Positions 41,801 to 54,944 of a stretch of DNA of 64,000 bases are shown piece after piece (position 1 is the stretch's first letter; every line of letters begins with the position of its first letter). A program made the position numbers and the translations under genes. The DNA is taken from the NCBI RefSeq assembly GCF_001194135.2, contig NC_068992.1, positions 522,099-586,098 of the forward strand. Reading direction: 5' to 3'. This stretch comes from Octopus bimaculoides. Lineage: Eukaryota. The notes below the pieces were generated by a model. It did no database searches, was not told the DNA's origin, and saw nothing but the letters and a program-made list of their open reading frames with translations.

Positions 41801-43581
41801 TTTGATTACCGTACAGCCTGCCACCTAACAAAACACTCGTCAGTCTTCTTGTACTGATGCATTTGTCGAATTTTAGCTGGAATTATCACGTGATCACAAT
41901 TATCACGTGATCACCAAGAATATTTTGCACTGTATGCTTTCAGCTAGAGAAAATAGAAAGGAAACAACTGTTATTGATAAGATAATTGAATCTCATCAAG
42001 TCGTAAGCTCTCTGCCTCCATATCTTTTCAACATTACATATCTTGGGGAAGTCAGCAAAGTACTAAGTGTTTTTCAAGACACACTTAAAAATACGTTTGA
42101 CTTCATAAAATGCCACTGAACTGTACGTATAAGTCTAATTTAACAGCTTTTGTGTGAACACATTACAGCACAGATGGCAGGATACATACTCTGAAGCCCT
42201 TGTGAGTGGATGCAGTGGATCTCATTTATAGAGAAATCCTGACTCCTTGCTGTGATGTTTCCTATTTAGATGAAACGATGTCATTTCGCTGAAATTATAC
42301 CCCATAACAGAAATCTACCATGAAAGTTATTTTATAATGTAATGACATAGCTTCGGAAGAAATAGTAGATCGCATGTACCGGGTCAATCTACTCGGCTAT
42401 ATCCCCCTTGAATTGTGGTGTTGTTCATCTATTAGAAATCAATATTTACTAATGTGGTATCGAGCAGACCAGCAGATATATTTAAATTTATATTAAAGAG
42501 ATTGAACCAAGAGAGTGAGACGATATAAATAATTGTTTTTCACACGAAAAGAAAAAAAGTAATGCCAGAAGATAATTCTTCTCCTTAGATATGGGGAATT
42601 TCTTAAAATAGTTTTGAAAATTTTTCCAGTATTTTATACTTTTTTCAAATTCTTATCAAGCCATTCATGTAAAATGTAAAAATAAAATAAAATAAAAAAA
42701 AGAACAAAAACGTTTGGAATACTTTTGTGTTTAGACATTTTTTAAAACAAATTCCAGATCGGAGGTCTTTGCAACGTGTTCTATTCTGTTTTATATTTTA
42801 GTCAAATGCCGCATTTTCTACACAATAGCAGCCCAAACGAAACGTACTATGATTGTCTTGACAGAAAGTTAATAAACCATCCAAATGCATGTGCAAAATT
42901 AATGGTTGGGATCAACAATTTTATTTCTTCCACATGACATTTTCGGATGTGAATATCGTGTCCTACATTAAGCTCGACATTTTCTTTCTATTTGCATCAA
43001 ATTGTATCGAATTGTACAGTAAGAAATTTTAAACAAAAAATAATCAGCAAGTGAATACCAAAATAAAATCCATTAATATTTAAAATTAGCCTTTAGAAAC
43101 CATAAATTGACATTATCTTCGTGAAAAAGAATATGATAAATTTTAAATTGTTAGAATGTTTTCTTTAAAATAACGAAATGTCATTATCAAAATAATTATT
43201 AAGCACTTTGCAAACAGCTTTTTCTCTCTTATTATCGGAAATGTTTCTGTTATTGCTCGTTCTGGTATAAAAGAATTCATCTGTAACCATTTTATAAATT
43301 GACAGGAAGCATAAGATTTATAGAAAAAAAAAGAAATCGTGAATGCAATGCATTCATTTTTAAAAGCCATTAAATAAGGTTTGCAGCTTGTATTTTAGTG
43401 CTTTATATAAATCTTATTTATACGGCTTAAAATGATTATTTCGGTTTCAGCGATACTGCGCGCTGTCTTCCTTCTCAACCGTGGGTTCAAATATCTGCAG
43501 CACAACCTCTGTCTTTCATACCACAGTTGTCGAAAAACATTCTATCTGTAAAATATGGACAGATTTTGTCATAACTGACGT

Positions 43582-43674
<93 letters not shown>

Positions 43675-44668
43675 TCTGTATGAAACATTTATCGAATAAC
43701 TGCAGCATTGATTGTATATGCTATAAATTTGTATGTATATTAATCATCTCCCTCCCATGGAGGAAAACTCACTAAAAATGTCAATCCCTCTTAGTGATAT
43801 TTTAGAACATGTTTTCTCTACAGTTTTCAATTGAGTGTATTTTTCCTTCTTGAATTCCCCCCGAAATATTGTCAATCTTAACGGTAACATTAAAAAAAAA
43901 TGTCTTTTATATCTACCCCTTCCATAAACTAAGAAAATAAAACATTGGACCAAATAAGGGAGATATAAAATATTATATAGAATCTCAAGCAACATAGAAT
44001 CTGTTGTTTCCATCTATATTTAAATCTATAATTGCACCTCCACACACACACACACACACAAGGAATGGTTATTCTTTTACTTGTTCCAACCATATGATAC
44101 TTCTGGGACGCTTCTCTCGACAATTTTTGTATTCGATGTATTTCTGGTATCTATTTTAGTATGATACATATTTTACCATTCTTTATTTGTCATAAAACAA
44201 GCTGCTATGTTATAGGTTCCACACAATGAATCCAAAAACGCATATGGCTAGGGGATACTTTAAAATCTACTCCAGAGTATAATACAAGTACCAGATATTT
44301 AATATTCCATATATGCATTACTCCTCACATACAAACACTTTGGAGTTTGGTCATGTATACGCGGCATTAAAAAGTCACAACAATGACGAAACATCGATGT
44401 CTGTCGCTTCGAGGAGGGACCTGATGTGAATTGTCTCGCTTGTGGCTAAAACACAGCTGATCTATGAACTAGCAGCACACACACACACATATATATATGT
44501 CTGTGTGTGTGTTACTGTGTACACATATAGTATATTCTGTTAAGAACGTAGTAGAGTACAGCATAAAGCTCGTCTACCTTCAGATTTACCGTGTGCTATC
44601 CAGTAGTAGTATTATACGTACTTCTAGATTTGCGTTTGGGCATCTGTCGTGTGTGAATAGATAATTTT

Positions 44669-44890
44669 AAATTGGAGTCAACGAGAAGGAGTACGATTGA
44701 ACAGTTATTTTTTAATCACTACAATTGTTTCCATGCAACATAGTTGTCCAGTCGTGTCGGTACTTGATTATGCAACTGTTTCCCTGCATTATGAGATGTA
44801 GTTGTGTTTGGAGAACTACGTCTCGTGGAAACAATTATAATGATTAAAAAATAAATTTTCAACCGTACTCCTTTTGGTTGACTCCAGTTT
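44669..44890. mobile_element. MITE / foldback element with 76-bp terminal inverted repeats
   Basis: 44670-44745 versus reverse complement of 44814-44889: 64/76 identical by manual alignment; 68-nt spacer. Confidence 0.8.
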
Positions 44891-45047
44891 TGTCAATTAT
44901 ATATACACACATGTACCTATTTATGTATACACGGAACATACACACACATAATATATATATATTTAAATATAAACCGTATTTCAGACTATGTGACTTGGAC
45001 ATGAACACACACACACACACTCACACATTTGACATACACGCACACAC

Positions 45048-45082
<35 letters not shown>

Positions 45083-47189
45083 CATACATCAATATTTAAA
45101 TATAAACCTTGTTTTTTAGTATGTGACACGGACACACGCGCACGTGCGCATACACACAGATGCATATAGTTACAGACCCTCCAGTATATATATGCCAAGA
45201 TGTGTGTGTGTGTCTATATATATATGAACGTGTATATGTATTTGTTTGTTTGCTTGTTTGTTTGTGTGTGTGTATGTGTATTAAATCTTAACAAAGACCT
45301 CCGATGTAAAAAAATAATGCGCAGATACATCAAAAGTATGATGCTTCAATCTAAAGAGGTGATAGATAATATCATGCTTATTGCACGGCGTAATGTTCAT
45401 GCTAACGATGTACTTGTAGCTGTTAATGTTTCTTATCGTTTCGTGCATCTCCGCTGTAGCGTGGTCATAGACAATACAAAAATTTCAAAAACTCGCGTAA
45501 TGCAGACATAATTTTAACGGTGCGAAACGGCTATACGGTTTCTATTTCTATTCTTATTTCACTTATGAGGTTACGTTATTTACAAAATGACAAGCGTTAT
45601 ATTTTCTCACTTTGTTTCTTAAGTACAGGTTCGTTTGATATATTCAAAAGAAATCGAGAGCTTTGCGAAAAAATTATTTATGTCTCATTAGTAATGTGAC
45701 TCATTTCTGTTACGTACGAAAGTGCTTAACAAAGAAGTCCTTCGAAAGACAATTCCAGCTCCAGGCAACATTTGTAATGACAATGTTATACAATGTATAT
45801 ATTCTAAGAGCGAATGAATTCCAAACTAAGTAAGCATTATATTAATTTATTCTATAGGAATTTATGATGGTGTATATACTATGTAATATATTCTGTAATC
45901 TTCCGTTGTCTTTCTAGTCATACTAATATCTGGCAGTAACGTTTAGATTATGTTTTGTTGAAGTTGATTAATGTCAAAACGTGTCTTGAGTTGTAACTGT
46001 TGGCATAGATCAGAATCTAGACCATATACCATTTGTAATAAATTTTAATTGTAATTCCTCTCCTGTCACCCTAGCTTTTATTAACTAGAATTCGTTTTTA
46101 ACATTGCGATTGCTTTCTCTTCAATACACGTTTAATTTTCATTATCATTAATTCACTGACTTGCGACGTTGTGTCGGCACCGTCACGTTGTCAGGAATAT
46201 ACGAATCCTTCATATGGAGTCGTTGTTTTGCTGGTATTGTTTGCAGTAGTTTCAGGTCATCGCAGCTTTTAATACGCACCGAATATGTACGCAAGCAAAA
46301 CGTTCACTGATAATGCATTAGATCCACTCATTAACGCATCTATTGCCATCTTGTAGAGCCAATGTCACTATTAGCACATACATCCACACACTAACAGATA
46401 CGTCCGCAAACATATACACATATCATGCACACGCGCGCACACACGCACGCATGGCACTTTATAACCATCACAAGGTGGCTAGACTACCAATATCTTATCG
46501 TTTCGTGTAATTTACATCCTCCGAGAAAGAAACATATTTCTCCAGCAACTGAGAGAATGCTTAGAAATCGCATTTGATGCAAGTAAAAGAAAACGATTCA
46601 CTTGGGAACAGACATCTTGTATAGCGATGTTAACTTACGGCAACAATATATTACTTTCATATAACGTAACATGTATGGGATATAATAAACAGGCACATAC
46701 TAAGCCGCACATACAAATATACCCATATACATAAGCTCACACACATGTAATAAACTTAAGAGTTTCCTGTTTATTACATCATATCATGTATGCATGTATA
46801 TATATATGTGTGTGTGTGTGTGCGTGTGTGTGTGTGTGTGCGTGTGTGTGTGCATATTTTCGTGAATGAAAGATTGAGCAAAAGTATAAGTGAATGAGTG
46901 AATAATGAAGGTAGCGAAAAAGAGTACAATGGAAACTGAATAATGAATTTCATTGCAGATATCGACTTGTAATGCAGTAAAGTCGTCTTGTAAGAACCAA
47001 CACAATAAAGCATATGTCTATACAATAAGTATGTGCTAAGAGTCATCCGACTTTTGACACTGACATCAAATAACATTTTACGTTCTAAACAAATGATGAG
47101 ACTATAAAATATATTGATTTGGGATACAGGCACAAAGTCACAAATGCGTAGAGAAGGATATAATTTATTGAATCGATCGCAATACAAGA

Positions 47190-47320
47190 TTACGACTTAC
47201 ATTATCGAGCCTAGAGGGATGAAAAGCAAAGTCGACATTGGTAGTATTTGATGTCAGTAAGTAGAAGGACGAAACTAAATAATGTAAAGCATTTAGTTCG
47301 GTGTTCTACTATTTATGTTT
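47190..47320 (-). mobile_element. Degenerate SINE type A
   Basis: ttatcgagcctagagggatgaaaagcaaagtcgac matches the reverse of the type A core. Confidence 0.65.
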
Positions 47321-48368
47321 CTACACTGCATTTGATTAGAAGAAGAAAAAAAGGACACTCTATACATGTTTGCTCGACTTACTACAAACAATAGCTTACA
47401 GGGAAAGACACTTTGAACAGTGTAGTCTTAGATGCCCATAAAAATATAGGATGATCAAGAAGGGGAAACATGTGATCATCGATCTGTTCTGTCGAGGCTG
47501 ACCTTGGGGTAAACGACTACCATTGCATCTAATTTCGGGTTACGAAGATTATTATGAAAGTAACTACAGGCATCGACGCTGTATGTATTCCTCATGGTAA
47601 GTAAACATAATCATTCCTTATGTGAAAGAACATTATCATCTGAGTTTTATTCTGGAATTCAATGCAGATAAAAATATATAAATTTTTTTTAGTATTCTCT
47701 GTTTCTTGAAAAATCATTGTCTAATGTTTTGTGACAGACAAAAGGAATAAAGTTCTTAGCGATCTAAGGAAGGACAATGGAACAATTCAATAGGAGTAAG
47801 TAAATGACTCGAAGCAAGGCTAACGGATCAGATCCGTAGAGTATTCCAGAAAGACATCAGTAAAGAATAACATCTATTCTTTTATACTTGTTCACAATAT
47901 TTTTACCGAGAACCAATACATAAGGTAAGTTAAAAGCAATTTTCTATTGCGTTAGCATACAACTTGAAGTCTATAATAAATGGAATTTCATCAGATATAG
48001 AGAAATTGGTAAAACATGTATGAAAATAAATTCTCCAATGTCCTATAAAAAAAGGGAAAAGTTAAGAAATAAATTAAAGAGTGTCAGATATCCAGTTGTG
48101 ATAAAATCTATTCTATATTTTTACAATTCAATATTTCCCCGGAATGTAAAACGGAATGTCATACCATAATGGAATTATATATATTCATTCATACATAGAT
48201 ACGTACATACAAACACAAACATACACGCACATACACACGCACACAAACACACACATATAGATACATGTATGAATTCTTAATCAAAGAGCTAGGAATGTGT
48301 ATATACACTCAGACACACATGTATTATCATATATTGTGTGTAATATATGAGTTTGTGTGTGTGCGTGC

Positions 48369-48407
<39 letters not shown>

Positions 48408-48452
48408 CGCGCGTGTGTGTAAATATGAATGTATTTAACTGCTTCTTATTCT

Positions 48453-48490
<38 letters not shown>

Positions 48491-48600
48491 TCAAACTCGT
48501 CAGTATGCATGTATTTGTACATAAATACATCTATTTGGAAGCTACCGAAAAAATATTTTTATCTGTCCATGTCACGCATGTGAGCACGGACGTAAATATA

Positions 48601-48665
<65 letters not shown>

Positions 48666-49033
48666 GCACATGCTCTCATCATTAATTCTTTCTCATATTA
48701 ACTTCTTGCCGCTCACATATTCTTAAACTTGTGTTTTTATCACAGTTTGTATCTCGACAAATGTCGGATTTATATATTTCTATATTCATATTTGTCTTGT
48801 TACCTCTTGCTTTCTCCTCCACTCTGTCTGTCTGTCCCCTTGCGACCTACCCTGTCTGACTTTTAATCTTACTTTCTCCTTCTCTAACTTCTTTTCTGAT
48901 GACACCTCTCTTTTCGCGCTGACATTGTGTTGTTTACATTTTTATTTGCCTCTTTGAAAGACATTCTCCTTGCTTTGTTGAACAGTATCCCACGGAAGTG
49001 TTTATCCTTAATTGTCCGACTCCCTCATATGAT

Positions 49034-49227
49034 TGGAATTTACAAAAAACAAAACAAAAACAAAACAAAATACGAAGACGGGTGTGTAAACAACAAACTG
49101 ATGTATTAGTTTAACGCTCGGGAAGTGAGAAAAACTTTTACGTTTCGAGCTTACACTCTTTGTCAGAAAGGAACACAGAAATAAGCAGAGAGAGAAAATA
49201 CAAAAAGGTTTAGTGGCTAGCCATCAA
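49034..49227 (-). mobile_element. Solo ~194-bp hammerhead-bearing element (Penelope pLTR/retrozyme-like) with 13-bp TSD
   Basis: tccctcatatgat at 49021-49033 and 49228-49240; homologous to 63686-63793 in opposite orientation. Confidence 0.75.
49135..49170 (-). ncRNA. Minimal type-I hammerhead ribozyme, one core substitution
   Basis: Minus strand CUUU-CUGACAA-A-GAGU-GUAA-GCUC-GAAACGUA-AAAG: stem I 4 bp, stem II 4 bp with GNRA loop, ACGU palindrome, GUA triplet; G8 changed to A. Confidence 0.75.
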
Positions 49228-49864
49228 TCCCTCATATGATGCTGTCTTCTAAGTTGTAAGATGTTTTTCTTTCTAATGTCTCAGTGATGTTTACGTTAGC
49301 ATATATGACTTGCAGCCATCTAGCTACACCTTAAGGTGTAGCTAGATGGCTTCACGTCTTTCAGATAAAATACTCCGAAACTGCACTGTTTCTAAACCCA
49401 ACGCAGAAATTTTCCGTTAATTGTTTTCCATATCGTCTCGCTTTGACTTTGGTTGTATATATGATGTAATCAAAATGTAGGACAAGCCTTTCTGCGTTAT
49501 TGCACTTTGGCTACAAAAACAGAATCTACTATTTGTAGCTTACTAAGAACTGCCGTTTTCATATGTAAGCAGTGAATAATAACACGTTTTGCTGTCGTGA
49601 GCAATGCTTTATCAGGCTGGAATTAGATAAAGCACACTAAATAGCAAAGATTAAAATAAAATTATGAACATTTATATTTAACACATTTCTGTATACTCAA
49701 ACGTGAAAAAGATATCGCTGCGGTAAAATTAGTTCCAGTACACACCAGAAAATTCATTATTTCTTGTTTACATAACAGTACAGCGGTTCTCAGTGGAGTG
49801 GAATTACTTCTTTTAGGAATGTAGAAAGAAATATAACAAAAATGTCCAATTACGCCTAATAAAT

Positions 49865-50201
49865 GAACATGACACTGGCATTCCGTCGGTTACGATGATA
49901 AAGATTCCCGTTGATCTGATCAACTGGAACAGTCTGATTGTGAAATTAACATGCAAATGGCTGAGTACTCCACAGACACGCGTACCCTTAAGGTAGTTCT
50001 CAGGGAGATTCAGCTTGATGCAGAATGTGACAAAGCCGGCTTTTTGAAATTCAAGTGCTACTCGCTTTTGCCAGCTGAGTAGACTGGAGCAACGTAAAAT
50101 AAAGTGTCTTGCTCAAGGACTCAGCGCACCGCCTGGAATGGAACTCACGACCTTTGCAATCGTGACCCGAATACCCTAACCACTATTCCACCAGCCTTCA
50201 C
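49865..50201 (-). mobile_element. tRNA-derived SINE, type C-like head and core with a different 3' tail
   Basis: Minus strand: tagtggttagggtattcgggtcacgat..gtgagttccattcc..gtccttgagcaagacactttattttacgttgctccagtctactcagctg. Confidence 0.85.
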
Positions 50202-50816
50202 GAGCATAATACTTCATATGACTTTAAATGTAAGGCATTCGAAAGAAGCAGATCATTCGGAAATGGCACACAATTTGTGGGTTACGCAAACCTGAAACTA
50301 CATCATCCTCAGAAACCTTACCAAATCATCTGATTGCCTAAATTTGAGATCAGAGATCTTCACCAATTATGACATGTCTATCAATATTTAATGGTTTAAT
50401 GAAAGATTATGCGACAAACTTATTGAATGGATAAATATTTAACTTATTTTGCGGTATCAATAACATTTTTCCTCGTGAATTTTAACACACCAGGAGGCAA
50501 TTTTTACGTCTATAGACCTCTGTCATTTACATAAACAATACCTGCCGATACCTCACTCTACCACATGACAACACATTCACAAACATTTCGGACTGCAACT
50601 CATTAAAAGACAGCACTTTTTAACGCAACTGTTTATCTAATCCTTCCTCTTCCCAACCAATCGTACTTCATTCTCGCTAAGCATCACAGGAGAATTAACT
50701 CACTCCAACAATAATAAGATGTAACGAGTCCTACCCCTTTCTATGTTTTCAAACTTATAATTTGTGTTTCAGAGAAAGGAAGAGAAAGTAAAGAAAGCAA
50801 GAATGAAAGAGAAAGA

Positions 50817-50852
<36 letters not shown>

Positions 50853-51411
50853 TGGAAGGAAAGAAAGAGAGATAGAGAAAGATATAGTATAAAATCAATG
50901 AAAGAAGAATAGTGTGGATACAGAGTCGAAAGCTTCACATATAATAATGCTGAATCAGCGGTGGCAAGGAATGCAATATTAAAGGAAAATTAATGTAGCA
51001 TTCTCTACTATTTTAAAGCATCTTATTTAGTTATTCTGCTCTATTAAATTTTGAAAACCTTTCCGAATTTGTACTGTATCGACTCCACTATTTATTTTAA
51101 GAAACGTAATTATATTTTCTCTCTCATTTGATAAAACGGCGTGAAATGTAATTGAATAAAATAAAAGAAAAACAATGAAACTAGAAAATTCACTTTACAT
51201 TTTTGGCGTTAAGTGGAAATGTATATTCCGGGTGGTTATATATATAAAAAAAAACGAAAACAAATAAAGGAATTCAAGTATCTATTTTCTACTTTGTCTC
51301 CTCTTTATGTCTATTGAGTTTAAAATAATAAAAAAAAAGACCTTTTACTGCGTCTAGTATTGTTACTGACAATAATAATGTTAATACTAAAATATACTTA
51401 CCAATTTCCTT

Positions 51412-51495
<84 letters not shown>

Positions 51496-51799
51496 GAGTG
51501 CCACACTGGACGTTTCTATGCATGATTGGCCGATTTGACAGAGAATCCTGGCTGGGAATCTCACAAAAAAAAAAAAAGATCCAGACATGTGGTGTTGCTC
51601 TACCAAATAAGATATTGCTTATTCTAACGAAGCACATTTTCGTATCTTCTTTCTTCTCAGTTTGTGATAAATGCTCGAGTAAGGACACGATTTTGGCAGG
51701 AACCCACTCGATTCTACCACCGTCAATTTGAGGATTTTGCTCTTATCCATGATAAACTCCTCATTCTCCATGTCTTCCTATCACAGTCTTAAGAAACGT

Positions 51800-52420
51800 G
51801 CAATGCCCCAATCCCTCGAAGGCCCAAACCGACAATCTCTACCCCAACTAACATTCGACCAATCACTCAAACTTTCAATATACTAAACTTTATGGAGACT
51901 ATCTTAACGACTACTAATACCTTTAAATTCTGTTCCTCTAGTGTCTAGGTTTTCTTGAATTACTCACCAGTAGAGCCTTACCAATGAGAATTTTGGAGAA
52001 AACGATTTTTTAAAAATTTGTTATTAGCAAAGTGTTCCAATGTGTGGACATCCAAGCTAAATTCTATTGTATGAGTTCTGTCTCTAATGTGTCTCTTCAA
52101 GAGAAAGTTTTATTTAACCGCACTTTGTGTTGATGAAAATCCCTCTGATCTACACATTATCACCCCTACTTGGTTCATAGATTCGGTATTGTACCTCATA
52201 ATTTCCCTACTCTATATCAACGACTTACTCGCCATCACACTCAACAGCGATGATAACACTCTTTATCATTTCTAGCCTTCCGCTTACAAGCGTCGTTCCT
52301 CATCAGTTTTGACAACGCACGCCATAATTGCAATGCCGTTATCAACAAAGATCAGGAAAACATTTTAGAATCAGAAAAAGGTTAATCCTGCTTTCTTCAA
52401 CTGCACAAATCCACAATCAC
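51800..52420 (+). mobile_element. Highly degenerate CR1/L2-group LINE reverse transcriptase remnant
   Basis: PKPTISTPTNIRPITQTFNILNFMETIL (NYRPISL-like) and DSVLYLIISLLYINDLLAITLNSDDNTL (GSVLxPxLFLLYINDL..ADD-like). Confidence 0.6.
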
Positions 52421-53030
52421 TGTACATATCAATAAAAGTATCTTGTGTATTCATGAGTGAAGAACAGCCGCAAGGTATGCAGAAATGCCAGACGTCACAA
52501 TTACTCAAGATTTCTCATGGCTACATTCCAAACAATAAATTTCTTTAGCCACAACTACATCCCAAATGCTAAATTTCTTGTTAAGGACAAGAAAACGTTT
52601 CAGTTCCAGCAACTGATGCATTGGGAGACTACTTGAGATGGTACAGCTGCTTTAGTTTTGAGCAAATGATGTAATTCTATGTAGAGAAACCTCAAAACTA
52701 ACGATAAATAGAAAATAACCCACTCGCAATGAACAACTAGAAAAGATTATCCTTAGTAGTGAAGAGTCATTCAAAATAAACTTTGTAATTCTTTCTAGAC
52801 TAATCAGATCGATTCTGTTGAAGTTTGGCGTGAATGGTTGTTCGCCAACGTTGAATGTAAAAACCTACCAGAGGTTATCAAATCTGTCGGGAATTGATTG
52901 ACCGTTCTAAGTAGAATCAGAGAGATGAGAAGTAGCGCGAGTAGGGAGAGTGTACGGTGGGTGGGGAGGTTTTGGAGGGGCTGTCTCACTAGCTAGTTCA
53001 GAGAAGAAGAGGCTATTGCAGTAGCAGCTA

Positions 53031-53091
<61 letters not shown>

Positions 53092-53394
53092 CGAGCGGGG
53101 GAGAGAAAGAGAGAGAAAGGGGGAGAGAGAGGAGGAGAAAGACAGAGGAGGGACATGTGTCAAGTACTGTAGTGTTACTGTGTGAAAATCTGTGAAACTG
53201 TTGCTGTGATTCAGATGTGTGTAGTTGCAGTAACGATTCAAAGGAGAATGCAGTATTACGGATCTTGTTTGACATTTGCATAGGGTCAGCAACTGTTCAG
53301 GGATCAAGAAGTTTGTTGTGCTATAGAGAGATTCGTCATTGGGACAAGTTTCTTATAAATACTCTAATAAAATTTTTTGTAATAGGATACAAGA

Positions 53395-53495
53395 CCACAA
53401 ACACTTCAAAGAGGTCGAAAATGTGATAGGAGTTGATCTTGGCGAGGCTTGAACTCGGAATATAGATGGCCGCAACTAGACGTCGAGAGGCATTT
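53395..53495 (-). mobile_element. Degenerate SINE type A
   Basis: gagttgatcttggcgaggcttgaactcggaa resembles gtcgacctcggcggaatttgaactcagaa. Confidence 0.5.
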
Positions 53496-53762
53496 AGTCT
53501 TCTCCCTTTTCACATCAAATATTGATAATTGTAATAACAAAAACAAAAATATAAAGCTTACCTTTATGAGATGTGACCTGTTATCGATTATGTTACGCAC
53601 CAGCGGATAGCTTATTAAATGCTTTGAAAAAGAATTAATAGAAACGATATATAGCGAAACCATATAACTTTCTGACGGGGATATAAATAAAATTGAAATG
53701 TATTACAATATTAACAATTCCACAATAGGGTGTGGTTTTGGTAGAGAATTCAAATATTCACT

Positions 53763-53837
<75 letters not shown>

Positions 53838-54414
53838 GCTATTATTTATTGTTGATGTTGTTGCGTTTGTTGCTGCTTTTGCTGTCGTTGTAAGTGTTGT
53901 CTTTAATTCTATTATTATTTCATTCTCCACTCGTAAATGTATATTATTGTATTTGTTTACAAGCGTTGCTAGCAAACCTACAAAAAAAAAATGGAAAAAG
54001 CAACCTATACTTCAAAATTGAAAGTTAATTCAAATACACAGAAAGTTATCGATATACATACATACATACATACATACATACATACATACATGTATGCAGA
54101 AGTCTCATCCATATAGCTTACTCTTTGCAATCATATTGTTGCAGCTAATTTTAATTCTTTAAAATATATATCTGATGTCATTTTAAATATACTTCAATGC
54201 ATTCATACGCCTATATACAACTGTGTATGCTGCAAATATGCATGCCCAGTATAAGCAAAAGGCTTGTGTGCATACGTGTTCAAATATATGGATGAATATA
54301 ACCTTGGCTCTAAATATCCGTATTTATCAGCATATAACTGAATGGATTCCTCTCTTTCACTCTTTCATTCTCTAATGAACGGTCATTCACCTATCCGACA
54401 CACGTATCTTACAC

Positions 54415-54495
<81 letters not shown>

Positions 54496-54683
54496 TTATA
54501 TATGTGTGTGTGTGTGTCTGTCTGTAGACATGCATACACATATACGTACATATATAGATTGTAATACATTGCTGCAAAATAATTCACTGCATGTGCATTT
54601 TAATAAAGAATTGTAGTATATATATTTGTATAGTTCATGAGACAGATACAATTAAGTTATAGACATAAGGCTGTACACACGCA

Positions 54684-54734
<51 letters not shown>

Positions 54735-54799
54735 CAACAGTACTCTGTAATTTAATGCATAGAGTTGAGTTAAGAAAGATCAAACCATAAATTTGGGCG

Positions 54800-54900
54800 A
54801 CGGAGACAGTTGATGATATCTGTTCATTTGCTTGACACCTTTATTTTATCGACCACGGAATGACGAAAGGCAAAGTCTAAGAGATTTGCATTAGGGCCGT
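54800..54900 (-). mobile_element. Degenerate SINE type A core
   Basis: ttttatcgaccacggaatgacgaaaggcaaagtc. Confidence 0.55.
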
Positions 54901-54944
54901 AAAAAAAGCAACAATAATTGAAACTGGGATTTTTCAGTCGGTTT

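Noticed and set aside
44958-45145. Diverged repeat of a ~50-nt unit separated by microsatellite
   Set aside because: Ordinary local tandem duplication.
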